Shown in pieces: positions 9,200 through 19,282 of a DNA stretch of 64,000 nt. The stretch is taken from assembly GCA_046291925.1 (NCBI GenBank), contig JBKBRY010000014.1:4911-68910 (forward strand), written 5' to 3'. The position numbers and the translations under genes are program-made. Position 1 is the stretch's first letter. Each line of letters begins with the position of its first letter. This stretch comes from Leptonema sp. (in: bacteria). Its GTDB lineage: Bacteria; Spirochaetota; Leptospiria; Leptospirales; Leptonemataceae. Below the pieces are notes generated by a model, which saw nothing but the letters and a program-made list of their open reading frames with translations, was not told the origin of the DNA and made no database searches.

Positions 9200-11066
9200 A
9201 TAATTTTTTGTATACTTTACCTTTTTGCAATAACTCTTGATGACTTCCTTTTTCAATGATTTTTCCCTTTTGGATTACATAAATCATTTCTGCTTTGTAA
9301 ATAGTTCTTAGCCTGTGAGCGATCATAATTACAGTTTTATTTTTAATAACTGAATAAATTGCCTTTTCTAATATTTTTTCGCTTTCGTTATCCAAAGCAC
9401 TTGTTGCTTCGTCGAAAATTAGTATTTCTGGATCGCGTATAAGAGCTCTTGCAATAGCAATTCTTTGTTTTTGACCACCAGAAAGCATGATACCTCTTTC
9501 TCCAATTTCTGTATTAAGACCATTAGGAAGTTCTTTTATAAATTCATAAGCATAAGATAATTTACAAACTTCAATTATTCTTTCTTCGGGAATCGATGTA
9601 TCAAATAGAGTAATATTTTCTTTTACGGTAGCATTGAACAAAAATACATTTTGTGGTACAATACCAATTTTTTTTCTAATAGAAAATAGATTGTATTCCT
9701 TCAAATCGATATTATCTAATAGGATTTTTCCCTTTATTGGTTTGTAAAATCCCAATAACAAATCAATAAGAGTAGATTTTCCGCTTCCCGATTCACCTAC
9801 TAATGCGATAATCTGATTTTTTTTTATTTTTATATTAATATTTTTTAAGACATAATCCTGTTTTTTAGATTGATTATACCTAAAGTACACATTTTTAAAT
9901 AGAATTGAATCCGTTAAACTTTTAAATTCAAGATTGCCTTTTGTATTTATGGCTTCTATTGATCTATTTAAAATTTCTGAGATTCTTTCAGATGCTAATC
10001 CAAGAATGCTTAAAATATTAATGATTACAGAAATTTGAATTATAGGTCTCATAATGAACAATAGGATAAAGAAAAAAGCAAAAAAATGTCCTTTTGTAAT
10101 CTCTCCTTTGGTGATTTGGTATGCACCCCATGTCAAAAAGACAATAAAAATAAAAGTAATTACAATTTCTGAAATTGCTGGACCTACTTGATGATAATAA
10201 TGCCCCTTAAAAGTATCTTTGTACAACTTTTCGTTAATTAGGTTGAATCTCATTTCTTCGAATTTTTCCATTGCAAATGCACGAATCACCCGAACACCTG
10301 ATATGATTTCTTGTAAATGAGAAAATAAATCAGATAGCCTCTCCTGTTGATTTCTTGCTGCTTTTTTTACTTTTAAAGCAAATTTATTTACGGGTGCCAT
10401 CAGTATAGGAACACCAATAAAGATAAAAATTAACATCTTCCAAGAGATTAAAAATAAAACAAGTAAGTGTGTTACGATATAGAAAATGTTGACAATTGCC
10501 TCTTGTAATTCAACAGAAAGAGTTTTAGAAATTAGGTGTACATCATTTACCACTCTTGATAAAATAAACCCTGTACGTTCTTTTTCGAAGAAAGAAATGT
10601 CAAATTGATTTAATTTTTCGTATAAATCATTTCTAATATCCCTAGTTGTATAAAAACTCGTAGTTCCAAGAAAATAAATCGATAATGTTAAAGATAAAAT
10701 CTTTAAAAAAAATAAGGGTATTACTATTAGAATAATTTTATATGTAATTTCTTTATTATTATATGGTTCAAAATATTGATTGATTTGAATTTTTGTTTTA
10801 ACCCAATAATATAAAAGCTTTTTATAAAATTCAAAGCTTTGGTTGTTTTTATATTGTTCGTAAATTTCTCTTTCTTCTTTTCCTATTTCGATAACTTGTA
10901 TTTTTTTCTCTGAACTAATTGCATTAAAAATTGGAACAAAAGAGGTTAAGGAAATTAAGTTGCAGAGGGAAGCGATTAGTGCAAAAAATACTCCTAATAC
11001 CAATCTGTATTTGTATTTTATAAAATATTGCAATAATTGTAAAAAATAAGGTTTTTTTGGATTCAT
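9180..11066 (-). CDS. msbA: ABC transporter permease/ATPase, MsbA-like lipid A exporter
   Basis: Six TM helices at the N-terminus. Walker A GESGSGKST, ABC signature LSGGQKQRIAIARAL, and Walker B ILIFDEATSALD. Located between lpxK and bamA. Confidence 0.75.
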   Translation of the reverse strand: MNPKKPYFLQLLQYFIKYKYRLVLGVFFALIASLCNLISLTSFVPIFNAISSEKKIQVIEIGKEEREIYEQYKNNQSFEFYKKLLYYWVKTKIQINQYFEPYNNKEITYKIILIVIPLFFLKILSLTLSIYFLGTTSFYTTRDIRNDLYEKLNQFDISFFEKERTGFILSRVVNDVHLISKTLSVELQEAIVNIFYIVTHLLVLFLISWKMLIFIFIGVPILMAPVNKFALKVKKAARNQQERLSDLFSHLQEIISGVRVIRAFAMEKFEEMRFNLINEKLYKDTFKGHYYHQVGPAISEIVITFIFIVFLTWGAYQITKGEITKGHFFAFFFILLFIMRPIIQISVIINILSILGLASERISEILNRSIEAINTKGNLEFKSLTDSILFKNVYFRYNQSKKQDYVLKNINIKIKKNQIIALVGESGSGKSTLIDLLLGFYKPIKGKILLDNIDLKEYNLFSIRKKIGIVPQNVFLFNATVKENITLFDTSIPEERIIEVCKLSYAYEFIKELPNGLNTEIGERGIMLSGGQKQRIAIARALIRDPEILIFDEATSALDNESEKILEKAIYSVIKNKTVIMIAHRLRTIYKAEMIYVIQKGKIIEKGSHQELLQKGKVYKKLYELQFS

Positions 11067-11069
11067 TTT

Positions 11070-14000
11070 TCAAAATCTAAAATCACCAATTCCAAAAACA
11101 AAATTGAATTTTTCGTCTCCTGGTATAGGTAAAAGTTGCCCTTTTTTATAAAATCTTTTTTGAGCAAGAAAGAGTCGAATAGGTAATACAGGGATTTGTA
11201 CCCTTAATCCAACCCCAAAGGAGTATAAGAGTTTATCGAAAGCAAGATTTCTATCAGAAAGAATATATTTATGAGGATCATTCCAGTCTGTTCTTGATCC
11301 ATAAAAATAAGGTTTTAAGCGAAGGAGATCAAATCTATGATCAAATCTATCATAAGTATAGATTTCGAGGAAACTTTTTCCATCGAATATCTTTCTGGTA
11401 TTTTCTTCGTAAGAAGTTACATATTCTTTGTCTTTTTTTGTTAATTCTCCTAGATTGATGTAACCTCCTCCTGTATCTAAAAAAATTACAAAAAATAGAG
11501 TAGAAGGCTCGATGGGAAATCTTAATTCAAGACTTCCTAATAATAGATGATTTACACCCCCAAATTGGAACCAAGGCTGGGGGAATTGCCTGTCATTTCT
11601 ATAATCGTATCCTCTAATTGTTTCGTATCCACCCAAATAAAGCTTATCATTTCTTTCCAAATAGGGATTGGTTTCTTTATTCTGCTTTTTTTTATAAGGA
11701 GCTGTTTCATGGGTAAAGGTTAAGGAGATTCTCGTTTCTAAAGAAATTGCCCATCTAATCAATTTGTTATTTCTTATTAAACCACCAAAGGTATAATCTC
11801 CTAATCTTTGGTAGTTGGAAATTGTAATTTTATATCGATTAAAGTGGTCATCGCCACCTAAGAATTGTCCTACTGTCTCTATGGAGAAATCCATTATAGA
11901 TCCTCTCGTAGGGTGCAAATAATTATCGATAGAAGTATAAGAAATACCATTTGTTAGACTAGATTTAAATTGCCAACCTAAGTTTTCTCTTTGGATAATT
12001 ACATTGTCTGCTAAGGCTGAAGGTCGAGAAATTGTAGACCAAGAAGGGGAAAATCTATGGTAGTGACTCCAATGTAGACCTAAAGAATGCCCAATGCCAA
12101 TTCCTATTCCAAAGGCGTTATACTCATAGGTTGCTTTTTCATATAAATCCGTTGGATCGCTAACAATCAATGCAGATGTTTCTGATTTTTGCGAATTGTA
12201 TCCAGCATACAGAGAAAGGGACCATGGTTGGGGTACATTTCGATAACATTTTTCTTCTTTGAGTACGAAGTTGGATAATTTCACCCTTATTTTCCATTTA
12301 ATTTTATCCAAGACTTCTATGGGAACTTCTTTTATTTTTGATAAATCTTTAACTTCCAGTTCTTCTTTTATAGTGTATTCGAGGGAAGTAGCTAATTCAG
12401 GATTTTCATTCTTAAAATCTTCTATTAGAATAATTATAGTTTTTATGTCGGGGGATTCATCAAAAGTTTTTTGTTTTAGAAACCAATATCTACCTGAGAT
12501 GTTTTCGCATTCTTCGTAAAACCAAGGTTCTGTCCAAGAAGTGCTTAAAGATCTTACATTTGGACCATATTGAAGTTTACCAGAAATTTTTTGTCCTGTT
12601 CCTAAGAGATTATTTTCCCCTATTTCTGTAAACACAGAGAATCCTGATTGAGTTCCGTATGTTCCTCCCATGGTTATGGTGCCTGTAGGTTGCTCTTCCA
12701 CACTAATTACAAGATTCATTTTTTTATCATCTGAACCTGGTCGCATTTCTAGGTTTACTTCTTTAAAGTATCCCAAATTATAAATTCTCTCTCTACTTTT
12801 TTCTACTAAAGTAGAATTAAACAATTGTCCTTCTTTAATTAAAAGTTCTCTTCGTATTACTTTTTCTTCTGTCTTTTTCATCCCTTTGATTATGATATTT
12901 TCTATGTAAGCTCTGTTGTTTTCTCGTATTACGAAATGTGTATGTCGTAAAATCATCCCATCTTTTTTTGGATCTTTTTTCAAAAGAGATTCTAATTTTT
13001 CTATGTCAATACTATTTGCTATATTATTGCAAGTTTTTTCTTCTTCGGTTTTGGGTTCGATTATGTTTTTACATTGTTTATATTTTTCCAAATTTTGTTT
13101 GGTTAATGCAAATTGGGTATAATAAGGTTGGATTTGTGCAAAAATATATCCTTGTGTAGAATATGCTTGCTGTAAGGTATTGCGATCTCGAAAAAACTTT
13201 GTTTCGTCCAAAACCTCTCCTGAATCCTCTGGTTGATATTCTAGCATAGAAAGTAACATTTTAGCTTCGTAAATAGGTCTAATTTTAGCTTTATTTTTTC
13301 TTTCGGGAGGGTTGAATTCTTTGTTAATGAATTCATAATCATGTTCGATAGAATACCCACCAAAATAGCGAATTTCACCTTCGTTTATTTTATAAGTAAT
13401 GATTACAACTCTACCTTCTTCTGGTTTTTTTGGATTTTTCCATCGGACTTCATAGCCGGTTCCATCGAGATCTATTTCTGCATAAATATATCCTTTTGAT
13501 TTCGCATATGCTAGAATTCTAAATTTGTCTTCTTCGAATTTGGATTCTTGAAAAATTCCATCTTCAAAGAACCCTTCTTCCTTTTGTTCTAATATTTTTA
13601 GTATTTCGTTTGGGTTAAGATTTTTTAGCCCAATAATGTTAATTTTCGCAATGGGTATATTTTTCCCTTCATCAATAAAATACTTTATAATTGCTCCATC
13701 TTTTTTTATTTCGTAAGTGTAGTGTATGTTTATTAAAAAAAAACCTTCTTCTAAATATTTTTTTTTAAGGATATCAACCCCATTTTTTACATCTTGGATA
13801 TTGAAGATATCTCCTTCTCGAAATGGTAATAACACTTTTAAATCGGCTTCGTACAATTCTTCTTCTCCAAATATTTTTATTTCTTTAATTCGTGGACGCT
13901 CTACTAAAAAAATATTGATCAATAAGGTTTCGTTATTTAACAGCTTAGCATATAATTTTATATTTTCAAAATTGTTTGTATTATATAGATTTTGTATTGC

Positions 14001-14219
14001 ATTAATAATATCTTCTTCTTTAAGAATTTGCCCCTCTTTAAAGGGGATTGTGTCTCGAATATCCCATTCAGAAACATTTTTATTACCAAATATTTTGATA
14101 GAAGAAATTCTCTTACCAATATAGTCTTTTATTTTTGTTTCTGTAGAATTGGAGAAGAAAAAAAGCAAAATAACTAAAGACAAAATAGAAAGAAAAATTT
14201 TTTTAATCCCTAAATGCAT
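11070..14219 (-). CDS. bamA: Outer membrane protein assembly factor BamA (large spirochete form)
   Basis: 1049 aa with a signal peptide, POTRA-like repeats and a C-terminal Omp85 beta-barrel ending in the aromatic terminal residue ...GIGDFRF. Size matches the long BamA of Leptospira. Confidence 0.8.
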   Translation of the reverse strand: MHLGIKKIFLSILSLVILLFFFSNSTETKIKDYIGKRISSIKIFGNKNVSEWDIRDTIPFKEGQILKEEDIINAIQNLYNTNNFENIKLYAKLLNNETLLINIFLVERPRIKEIKIFGEEELYEADLKVLLPFREGDIFNIQDVKNGVDILKKKYLEEGFFLINIHYTYEIKKDGAIIKYFIDEGKNIPIAKINIIGLKNLNPNEILKILEQKEEGFFEDGIFQESKFEEDKFRILAYAKSKGYIYAEIDLDGTGYEVRWKNPKKPEEGRVVIITYKINEGEIRYFGGYSIEHDYEFINKEFNPPERKNKAKIRPIYEAKMLLSMLEYQPEDSGEVLDETKFFRDRNTLQQAYSTQGYIFAQIQPYYTQFALTKQNLEKYKQCKNIIEPKTEEEKTCNNIANSIDIEKLESLLKKDPKKDGMILRHTHFVIRENNRAYIENIIIKGMKKTEEKVIRRELLIKEGQLFNSTLVEKSRERIYNLGYFKEVNLEMRPGSDDKKMNLVISVEEQPTGTITMGGTYGTQSGFSVFTEIGENNLLGTGQKISGKLQYGPNVRSLSTSWTEPWFYEECENISGRYWFLKQKTFDESPDIKTIIILIEDFKNENPELATSLEYTIKEELEVKDLSKIKEVPIEVLDKIKWKIRVKLSNFVLKEEKCYRNVPQPWSLSLYAGYNSQKSETSALIVSDPTDLYEKATYEYNAFGIGIGIGHSLGLHWSHYHRFSPSWSTISRPSALADNVIIQRENLGWQFKSSLTNGISYTSIDNYLHPTRGSIMDFSIETVGQFLGGDDHFNRYKITISNYQRLGDYTFGGLIRNNKLIRWAISLETRISLTFTHETAPYKKKQNKETNPYLERNDKLYLGGYETIRGYDYRNDRQFPQPWFQFGGVNHLLLGSLELRFPIEPSTLFFVIFLDTGGGYINLGELTKKDKEYVTSYEENTRKIFDGKSFLEIYTYDRFDHRFDLLRLKPYFYGSRTDWNDPHKYILSDRNLAFDKLLYSFGVGLRVQIPVLPIRLFLAQKRFYKKGQLLPIPGDEKFNFVFGIGDFRF

Positions 14220-14338
14220 TCTTAGATATCCTATCTACTACTTCTTTAACAAAATTTATTTAAAACTTTCTATTGCAACTATAAAATAAAAGACTTGAAA
14301 CTTGACTATAAATTTAAATTTTAATAGAATAGATTTAT

Positions 14339-14722
14339 ATGTTTGGTATAGAAAAAATACCTTATTTCACTTTAGAAATTTTGGATATTCTTTTTCATGT
14401 TTTTCATATTGGTGTTCTATTATGGAATGGATTTGGATGGATGTACAAAAAATTTATTAAAATTCATTTTATTAGTTTAAATCTTGTGTTCTTTTCTTGG
14501 TTCATTTTAGGTTTTTTTTATGGATTTGGATACTGTTTTTTGACGGACTTTCATTGGCGTATCAAATACCAAAAAGGAGAATACAATTTACCCAATTCTT
14601 ATATAGATTATATTTTACAAAAGCTTGGCTTTTTTTTCAGTCCTTTTTTGATTGATATAGGAGTGTTGTTGTTTACAATTTTGGTATATTGCTTCTCTTT
14701 GTACAGACTAATAAAAAAATAA
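14339..14722 (+). CDS. Small integral membrane protein (DUF2784-like)
   Basis: 127 aa with 3-4 hydrophobic helices. A CFLTDFHWR motif resembles the CPLT motif of DUF2784. Confidence 0.4.
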   Translation: MFGIEKIPYFTLEILDILFHVFHIGVLLWNGFGWMYKKFIKIHFISLNLVFFSWFILGFFYGFGYCFLTDFHWRIKYQKGEYNLPNSYIDYILQKLGFFFSPFLIDIGVLLFTILVYCFSLYRLIKK

Positions 14723-14724
14723 AT

Positions 14725-16605
14725 TTATTGAGGCTCTTTGCTATTTTTATAATTCAGCATGATTTTTTTTAAGATATTTTCTTGAATTAAATTAGGATAC
14801 ATGGAAAGTTTTACAATTTCTAACCCGAATAAAAAAATTTGGATCGTACTTAATAAAATGATCATTCCTAAAGGTATGGTAAACCAAATTCCATACATAA
14901 AACGAGAGCTAGTTAATAAAGGTAGAATCAATTTAAAAATCACTATAAAGAGTATGATTCCGATGGAACTTATAAAACCTCCCATCATTGCAGATTGGAT
15001 AGGAATTTTTTTATTGGGTAATATTAGATAAAAGAAAGATAATAAGATCACCATATAGAAATAATTGAGTATCAAAGAAACAAAGAAAGGAAGTGAGTTT
15101 CTTAAAAAAGAGCTTTCCTTCTTTAGGATGAGTCTAAATTTTACAATAGGTAGTTCTGTTTTTGGATCCACAGAAAGAGAATAGATTTGGATTCCATATA
15201 TGGTTTGATTTTCTCCTACCAAATAATACTGATCTTTCGTATAGCCTTCGATCACATCATTAATGAGAAAATTAAAATTTTTTTCTTTTTCTTGTAAATC
15301 CACTATTTTAGTAATAAACCAATCTTTTCCCCCATTGATTGAGTAGCGAATATCTTTTTTACCAAATATAAGTCCTGTTTTGTTGGAAAAAATTTTAAAA
15401 TTCTTAATATTTTCCAATTGATTGATTCGAATGGTTGGGAATTGTAAATTGCCTTTTTCGTATAAAATTATTCTTTTTGCTGCACTTAAAAGAATAGAAA
15501 AATCTTCCCACATATAAAAGTTTTCGAAAGTTGTGTTTAAATTAGGTATATTTAAAACACTCCAATTTATATTGTCAATTTCAGAGGATAAAAGGTTGCC
15601 TTGCCCAGATAAAAAGATTTTATTATTGTAAATATAAATTCTATTGTAAAAAGAATCCATAATAAATTTATCTTTTACATCTAAATATCCTTTTTTTAAA
15701 ATAAACAGATAGGTCTGTTTGTATAAAGTTAAAAGAATATATAAATTATTATGATAAATTTTTATATCTTCTATTTTTGGTAATTCGAAAGATTTCCCCT
15801 TATTGGAAAAAATAAAATACCGATAATCCCAACTAATTCCTCCATCCTGACTTATAAAAATAAAAGAAGGATGACAAACTACTACAATAAAATCTTTATC
15901 AATTTCCATTTGGATAGGCTTTTTTAGAAATGTTTTTAAAGCATCGCCACTCAATTCAAAATCAAGGGGTTCTGAATTAATTACTATTTTTCTATCTAAA
16001 GTTGAAAAATCTACTTTGGAGGTAAGATCAATAGCTGTTTCTGGTTCGAAATTTTGGTTATAAGTTTCTATAATCTTATCTTCTCTAAGAAGAAAAAAAT
16101 TTTTATTGTTTTTTTTGATTTCTAAATAGTCTACAGGTTTTAAGAAATGTTGTAATTTTTCAGAAAAATCCACCATAAACAAAATGATTAAAGGGAGAAA
16201 AATGATCCAGCTTGTATATATAGAAGTCCTAATTAAAAATCCCCTAGACTCCACTTCAAAAACTTGGTTGGCGCTCTCTTCTAAATCCTGAAATATCTTT
16301 AATGTTGTATAAATTAAAAATAAAAAGCCAATACCACTAATTGTATTAGAACGATTTAGAATATCTTGGATTATATCTAATATTGGTTGGATACCTGTAA
16401 TACCATAAATAATAAAAACTCTTGTTATGGATTCGACTAATTCTTTTTGATTTAAATTCGCTATTCTGATTAAAACAGTTAGTAAAGGAATAATAGCAAT
16501 TACAATAGAATAAGCAATTGCATTGGAACGAATCATCATTTTATCTTTGGAAAATAAATAGAATGCTGTTAGTAATAAATCTAAAAACCTTTTTAGAAAA
16601 GCCAT
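14725..16605 (-). CDS. YihY/BrkB-family membrane protein with ~370-aa inserted BNR/Asp-box beta-propeller-like domain
   Basis: N-terminal residues 1-150 and C-terminal residues 520-626 match the YihY/BrkB topology (AIAYSIVIAIIPLL...; C-terminal TM bundle). The middle region carries Asp-box motifs SQDGGISWD and SINGGKDWF. Confidence 0.55.
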   Translation of the reverse strand: MAFLKRFLDLLLTAFYLFSKDKMMIRSNAIAYSIVIAIIPLLTVLIRIANLNQKELVESITRVFIIYGITGIQPILDIIQDILNRSNTISGIGFLFLIYTTLKIFQDLEESANQVFEVESRGFLIRTSIYTSWIIFLPLIILFMVDFSEKLQHFLKPVDYLEIKKNNKNFFLLREDKIIETYNQNFEPETAIDLTSKVDFSTLDRKIVINSEPLDFELSGDALKTFLKKPIQMEIDKDFIVVVCHPSFIFISQDGGISWDYRYFIFSNKGKSFELPKIEDIKIYHNNLYILLTLYKQTYLFILKKGYLDVKDKFIMDSFYNRIYIYNNKIFLSGQGNLLSSEIDNINWSVLNIPNLNTTFENFYMWEDFSILLSAAKRIILYEKGNLQFPTIRINQLENIKNFKIFSNKTGLIFGKKDIRYSINGGKDWFITKIVDLQEKEKNFNFLINDVIEGYTKDQYYLVGENQTIYGIQIYSLSVDPKTELPIVKFRLILKKESSFLRNSLPFFVSLILNYFYMVILLSFFYLILPNKKIPIQSAMMGGFISSIGIILFIVIFKLILPLLTSSRFMYGIWFTIPLGMIILLSTIQIFLFGLEIVKLSMYPNLIQENILKKIMLNYKNSKEPQ

Positions 16606-16608
16606 AAA

Positions 16609-17112
16609 TTATTTTTTATTTAACTCTTCTCTTGCTAAGATTTTTAGAATATCTTTGATGTCTTGGTTTAAAATTCTGATGTCTATTTTGAAATCATCAA
16701 AAATTTTATAAATTTCTTGTTTTAATTCATTTATTTTTTGGTCAATTTTTTGATCCTGTTCTCTAAATTTCTCTTCTATTTTTTTTTCTAAAGATAAAAA
16801 TTTTTGATCATGTTCTAAAAATTTTTCATCTATTTTTTCGAATCTTTGGTCTATTTTTTCGAATCTTTGGTCTATTTTTTCGAATCTTTGATCAATTTTT
16901 TCAAATCTTTGATCAATTTTTTCGAATCTTTGATCAATTTTTTCGAATCTTTGATCAATTTTTTCAAATTTTTCGTGTATAAATTGGAATTTTTGTTCCA
17001 TAAAGAAATACATATCTTTGATTCTTGAATTCAAATACACAATGGTTCCTAAAAAACCCAAAAATACAGTAATTGCTTGAGACGTTATAGCTATAATGAT
17101 ATTATAGTCCAT
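16609..17112 (-). CDS. Membrane-anchored coiled-coil protein with 7-residue tandem repeats (EKIDQRF)x6-7
   Basis: N-terminal TM helix followed by a perfect heptad array FEKIDQR encoded by 21-bp DNA repeats. Confidence 0.5.
   Translation of the reverse strand: MDYNIIIAITSQAITVFLGFLGTIVYLNSRIKDMYFFMEQKFQFIHEKFEKIDQRFEKIDQRFEKIDQRFEKIDQRFEKIDQRFEKIDQRFEKIDEKFLEHDQKFLSLEKKIEEKFREQDQKIDQKINELKQEIYKIFDDFKIDIRILNQDIKDILKILAREELNKK
16838..16975. repeat. Tandem 21-bp direct repeat array, ~6.5 copies, in-frame within CDS 16609..17112
   Basis: ctattttttcgaatctttggt / caattttttcgaatctttgat units repeated head-to-tail, with only 1-3 mismatches between units. Confidence 0.85.
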
Positions 17113-17147
17113 ATTTAAAACAAAAAATAAAATTTTATAAAGTCAAT

Positions 17148-19109
17148 TTATTTTTTTATATTTTGAGCTTGTAAATTTTCTTTTTTTCCTGTACCTGAAA
17201 GACCGCTTGGTAAATAATGGATTTTTAATAGACTTATATCGTCTGTTAGCTCACCTTTTTGTAAAATCAAATCAAAGATTTTGGATAAATCTCCTTTTGC
17301 TTCTTCTACAATGGGTAAAATGTATGCTTCGTCAAAATTCATTTCATTGCTTTCTTTAAGAATGATATCTTCTCTACCATCAGAGCCTAGAATTAAAATA
17401 TCCTCTTTTTGTAAATAGAAAGATAGGATTTTTAATTTATTGGTAATCGGAAAACCAAATTTATAGTTAAAAAAATCTGTACTTTCTTCTATAAAGTTTG
17501 CTTTTTGGTTTCTATATAAAATGGCTTTGGGATGTTCAAAATTTGCATATAGCATTTGTCCAGTATTTTCAGATAAAATTCCCATTCCACCAGATATAAG
17601 CATATGTCCATCGAATTTTAAAAACACTCTTTGGATTTCAAAACAAATTCCTTTTAACCATTGGATGGGTTCCATATTTAAAACCTTATCTTTAGCTGCA
17701 GATCTTGTCAGTATTGCATTCAATAAGGAACCCATTACTAAAACTCCACCCGCTCCTTGGGAAGATTTACCCATTGCATCTCCATTAAAGAAAAACAACC
17801 AACGCTCTATTTCTTTATCTTTATTTTGGAATCTTAAATTTCCTGTTATGCACAAATCTCCACCGATTTCTCGTTTTTTTCCTTTGAATTCAAATTCTTT
17901 TTTTTGTTTTATCAAAATATCAGTTTTTATTAACGAGCTTTTGTTTAAGTTTTTGATTAGAGGATCAATCAGTAGACTCATTAGGAAATAATCACCATCT
18001 TGTAGGGTTTTCAATTTTTGGATGGTTTCTAAGGATTCTTGCAATTGTTTTGTTCTTTTAGCTACCAGATCTTCTAAATGTTCTGAATATTCTTTAATTT
18101 CTTTGACCATTGAATTAAAGTTTTTTGTTAAAATTCCTATTTCGTCTTTAGAGGGGATGGGGAGTTCAATTTGGAAATTTTTATTAGAAACTTCTATGCT
18201 TGCTTTAGATAGGCTGATTATAGGGCGAGAGATGAGTTTAGCAAAAGTGTAGGAAAAGAAAGCAATTCCTGCTGTAAGGATTATCAATAAGATTGTTAAA
18301 TTTTTTTTTAAATTATTTAGTTTATTGTTTTCTGAGAATACATCCAGATCTAATCCTAAGATACCAACTACTTCCAGATTTTTATCAAGAATTGGTAAAT
18401 AGCAAGAAAGCAAAATTCCCCATTGATCTTGATAAAACTCATTTTCGCATTGAATCTCTTTTGATTTAAATGTGTTGGGTATAAACTTCGTAAAACTAAC
18501 ATTATAAATTGTAGAAACTTGTGTGAAAGTTTCATCCTCATCGATTTTACCATTACCGTTTTCATCTACTTCTTCCATATCACTATCTACAAGAAGTTTT
18601 ACATAATGGTGATCTGGAAATTCTGAGATAGGTGTTAAAATATATACATATCTTACAAACGGTCGATTATTCGATTCATAAAATTTTTGTTCGTAGAAAT
18701 TGAGTATAAGGGGCTTGGGCGAACTAAATGCTTTTATTTTTCTTAATATTTGGACGATGTTTTGGTATTCTTTACTTGTATAGATTTCTTCATGTTCATT
18801 GTCGCTTAAAATCTCGTATGTACCTCCTGCTTCTATTTGTTTGATTTCTTTCAGATTTTCTGAAGGTAAATTTTTAATTTTTTGGTTCATTTCTTGATCG
18901 AGTTTTTTTAAATAAGCGAATTCTTTATCCGAAAACAAAAAAAGTCCTGCTCTTCCCAAATCTTTGATTCTACTTTGAAGGGAAGAAAGAACTAATTGGT
19001 AGGAGATGTTATAAAAATAATATAATATCGGAATCGATACTATTAACCCGATGGTAGCAAAAGTTATAGCCATTTTAACTGCAAAGTTTAAAGGATTTCT
19101 ATTGAACAT
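17148..19109 (-). CDS. Sensor PP2C-type serine phosphatase (periplasmic sensor-TM-HAMP-SpoIIE/RsbU-like)
   Basis: N-terminal TM helix and a periplasmic domain of about 250 aa with a DENGNGKIDEDE Ca-binding-like loop. Second TM, then a HAMP domain (ISRPIISLSKASIEVSNKNF...). PP2C motifs GGDLC...FFFNGDAMGKSSQGA. Confidence 0.7.
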   Translation of the reverse strand: MFNRNPLNFAVKMAITFATIGLIVSIPILYYFYNISYQLVLSSLQSRIKDLGRAGLFLFSDKEFAYLKKLDQEMNQKIKNLPSENLKEIKQIEAGGTYEILSDNEHEEIYTSKEYQNIVQILRKIKAFSSPKPLILNFYEQKFYESNNRPFVRYVYILTPISEFPDHHYVKLLVDSDMEEVDENGNGKIDEDETFTQVSTIYNVSFTKFIPNTFKSKEIQCENEFYQDQWGILLSCYLPILDKNLEVVGILGLDLDVFSENNKLNNLKKNLTILLIILTAGIAFFSYTFAKLISRPIISLSKASIEVSNKNFQIELPIPSKDEIGILTKNFNSMVKEIKEYSEHLEDLVAKRTKQLQESLETIQKLKTLQDGDYFLMSLLIDPLIKNLNKSSLIKTDILIKQKKEFEFKGKKREIGGDLCITGNLRFQNKDKEIERWLFFFNGDAMGKSSQGAGGVLVMGSLLNAILTRSAAKDKVLNMEPIQWLKGICFEIQRVFLKFDGHMLISGGMGILSENTGQMLYANFEHPKAILYRNQKANFIEESTDFFNYKFGFPITNKLKILSFYLQKEDILILGSDGREDIILKESNEMNFDEAYILPIVEEAKGDLSKIFDLILQKGELTDDISLLKIHYLPSGLSGTGKKENLQAQNIKK

Positions 19110-19282
19110 GATTTACTTAATTTTTATTTTTTGTTAGAATCAAGTTTTTTTTATAAAACTTGATTCAAAAATTATAAGGAATCCTAAGTAAAATGTATAT
19201 GAATATGCTTTAAGATACCTTTCATCAATGTTTCATTTTTTGGCTTGATTTATACTAGAATCAAAAGAATCATGTATTCGAG

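Noticed and set aside
12259-14177. Several 60-130 aa plus-strand ORFs inside bamA (12259.., 12916.., 12938.., 13726.., 13992..)
   Set aside because: They are antisense to the 1049-aa BamA CDS, low complexity, and typical of AT-rich shadow ORFs.
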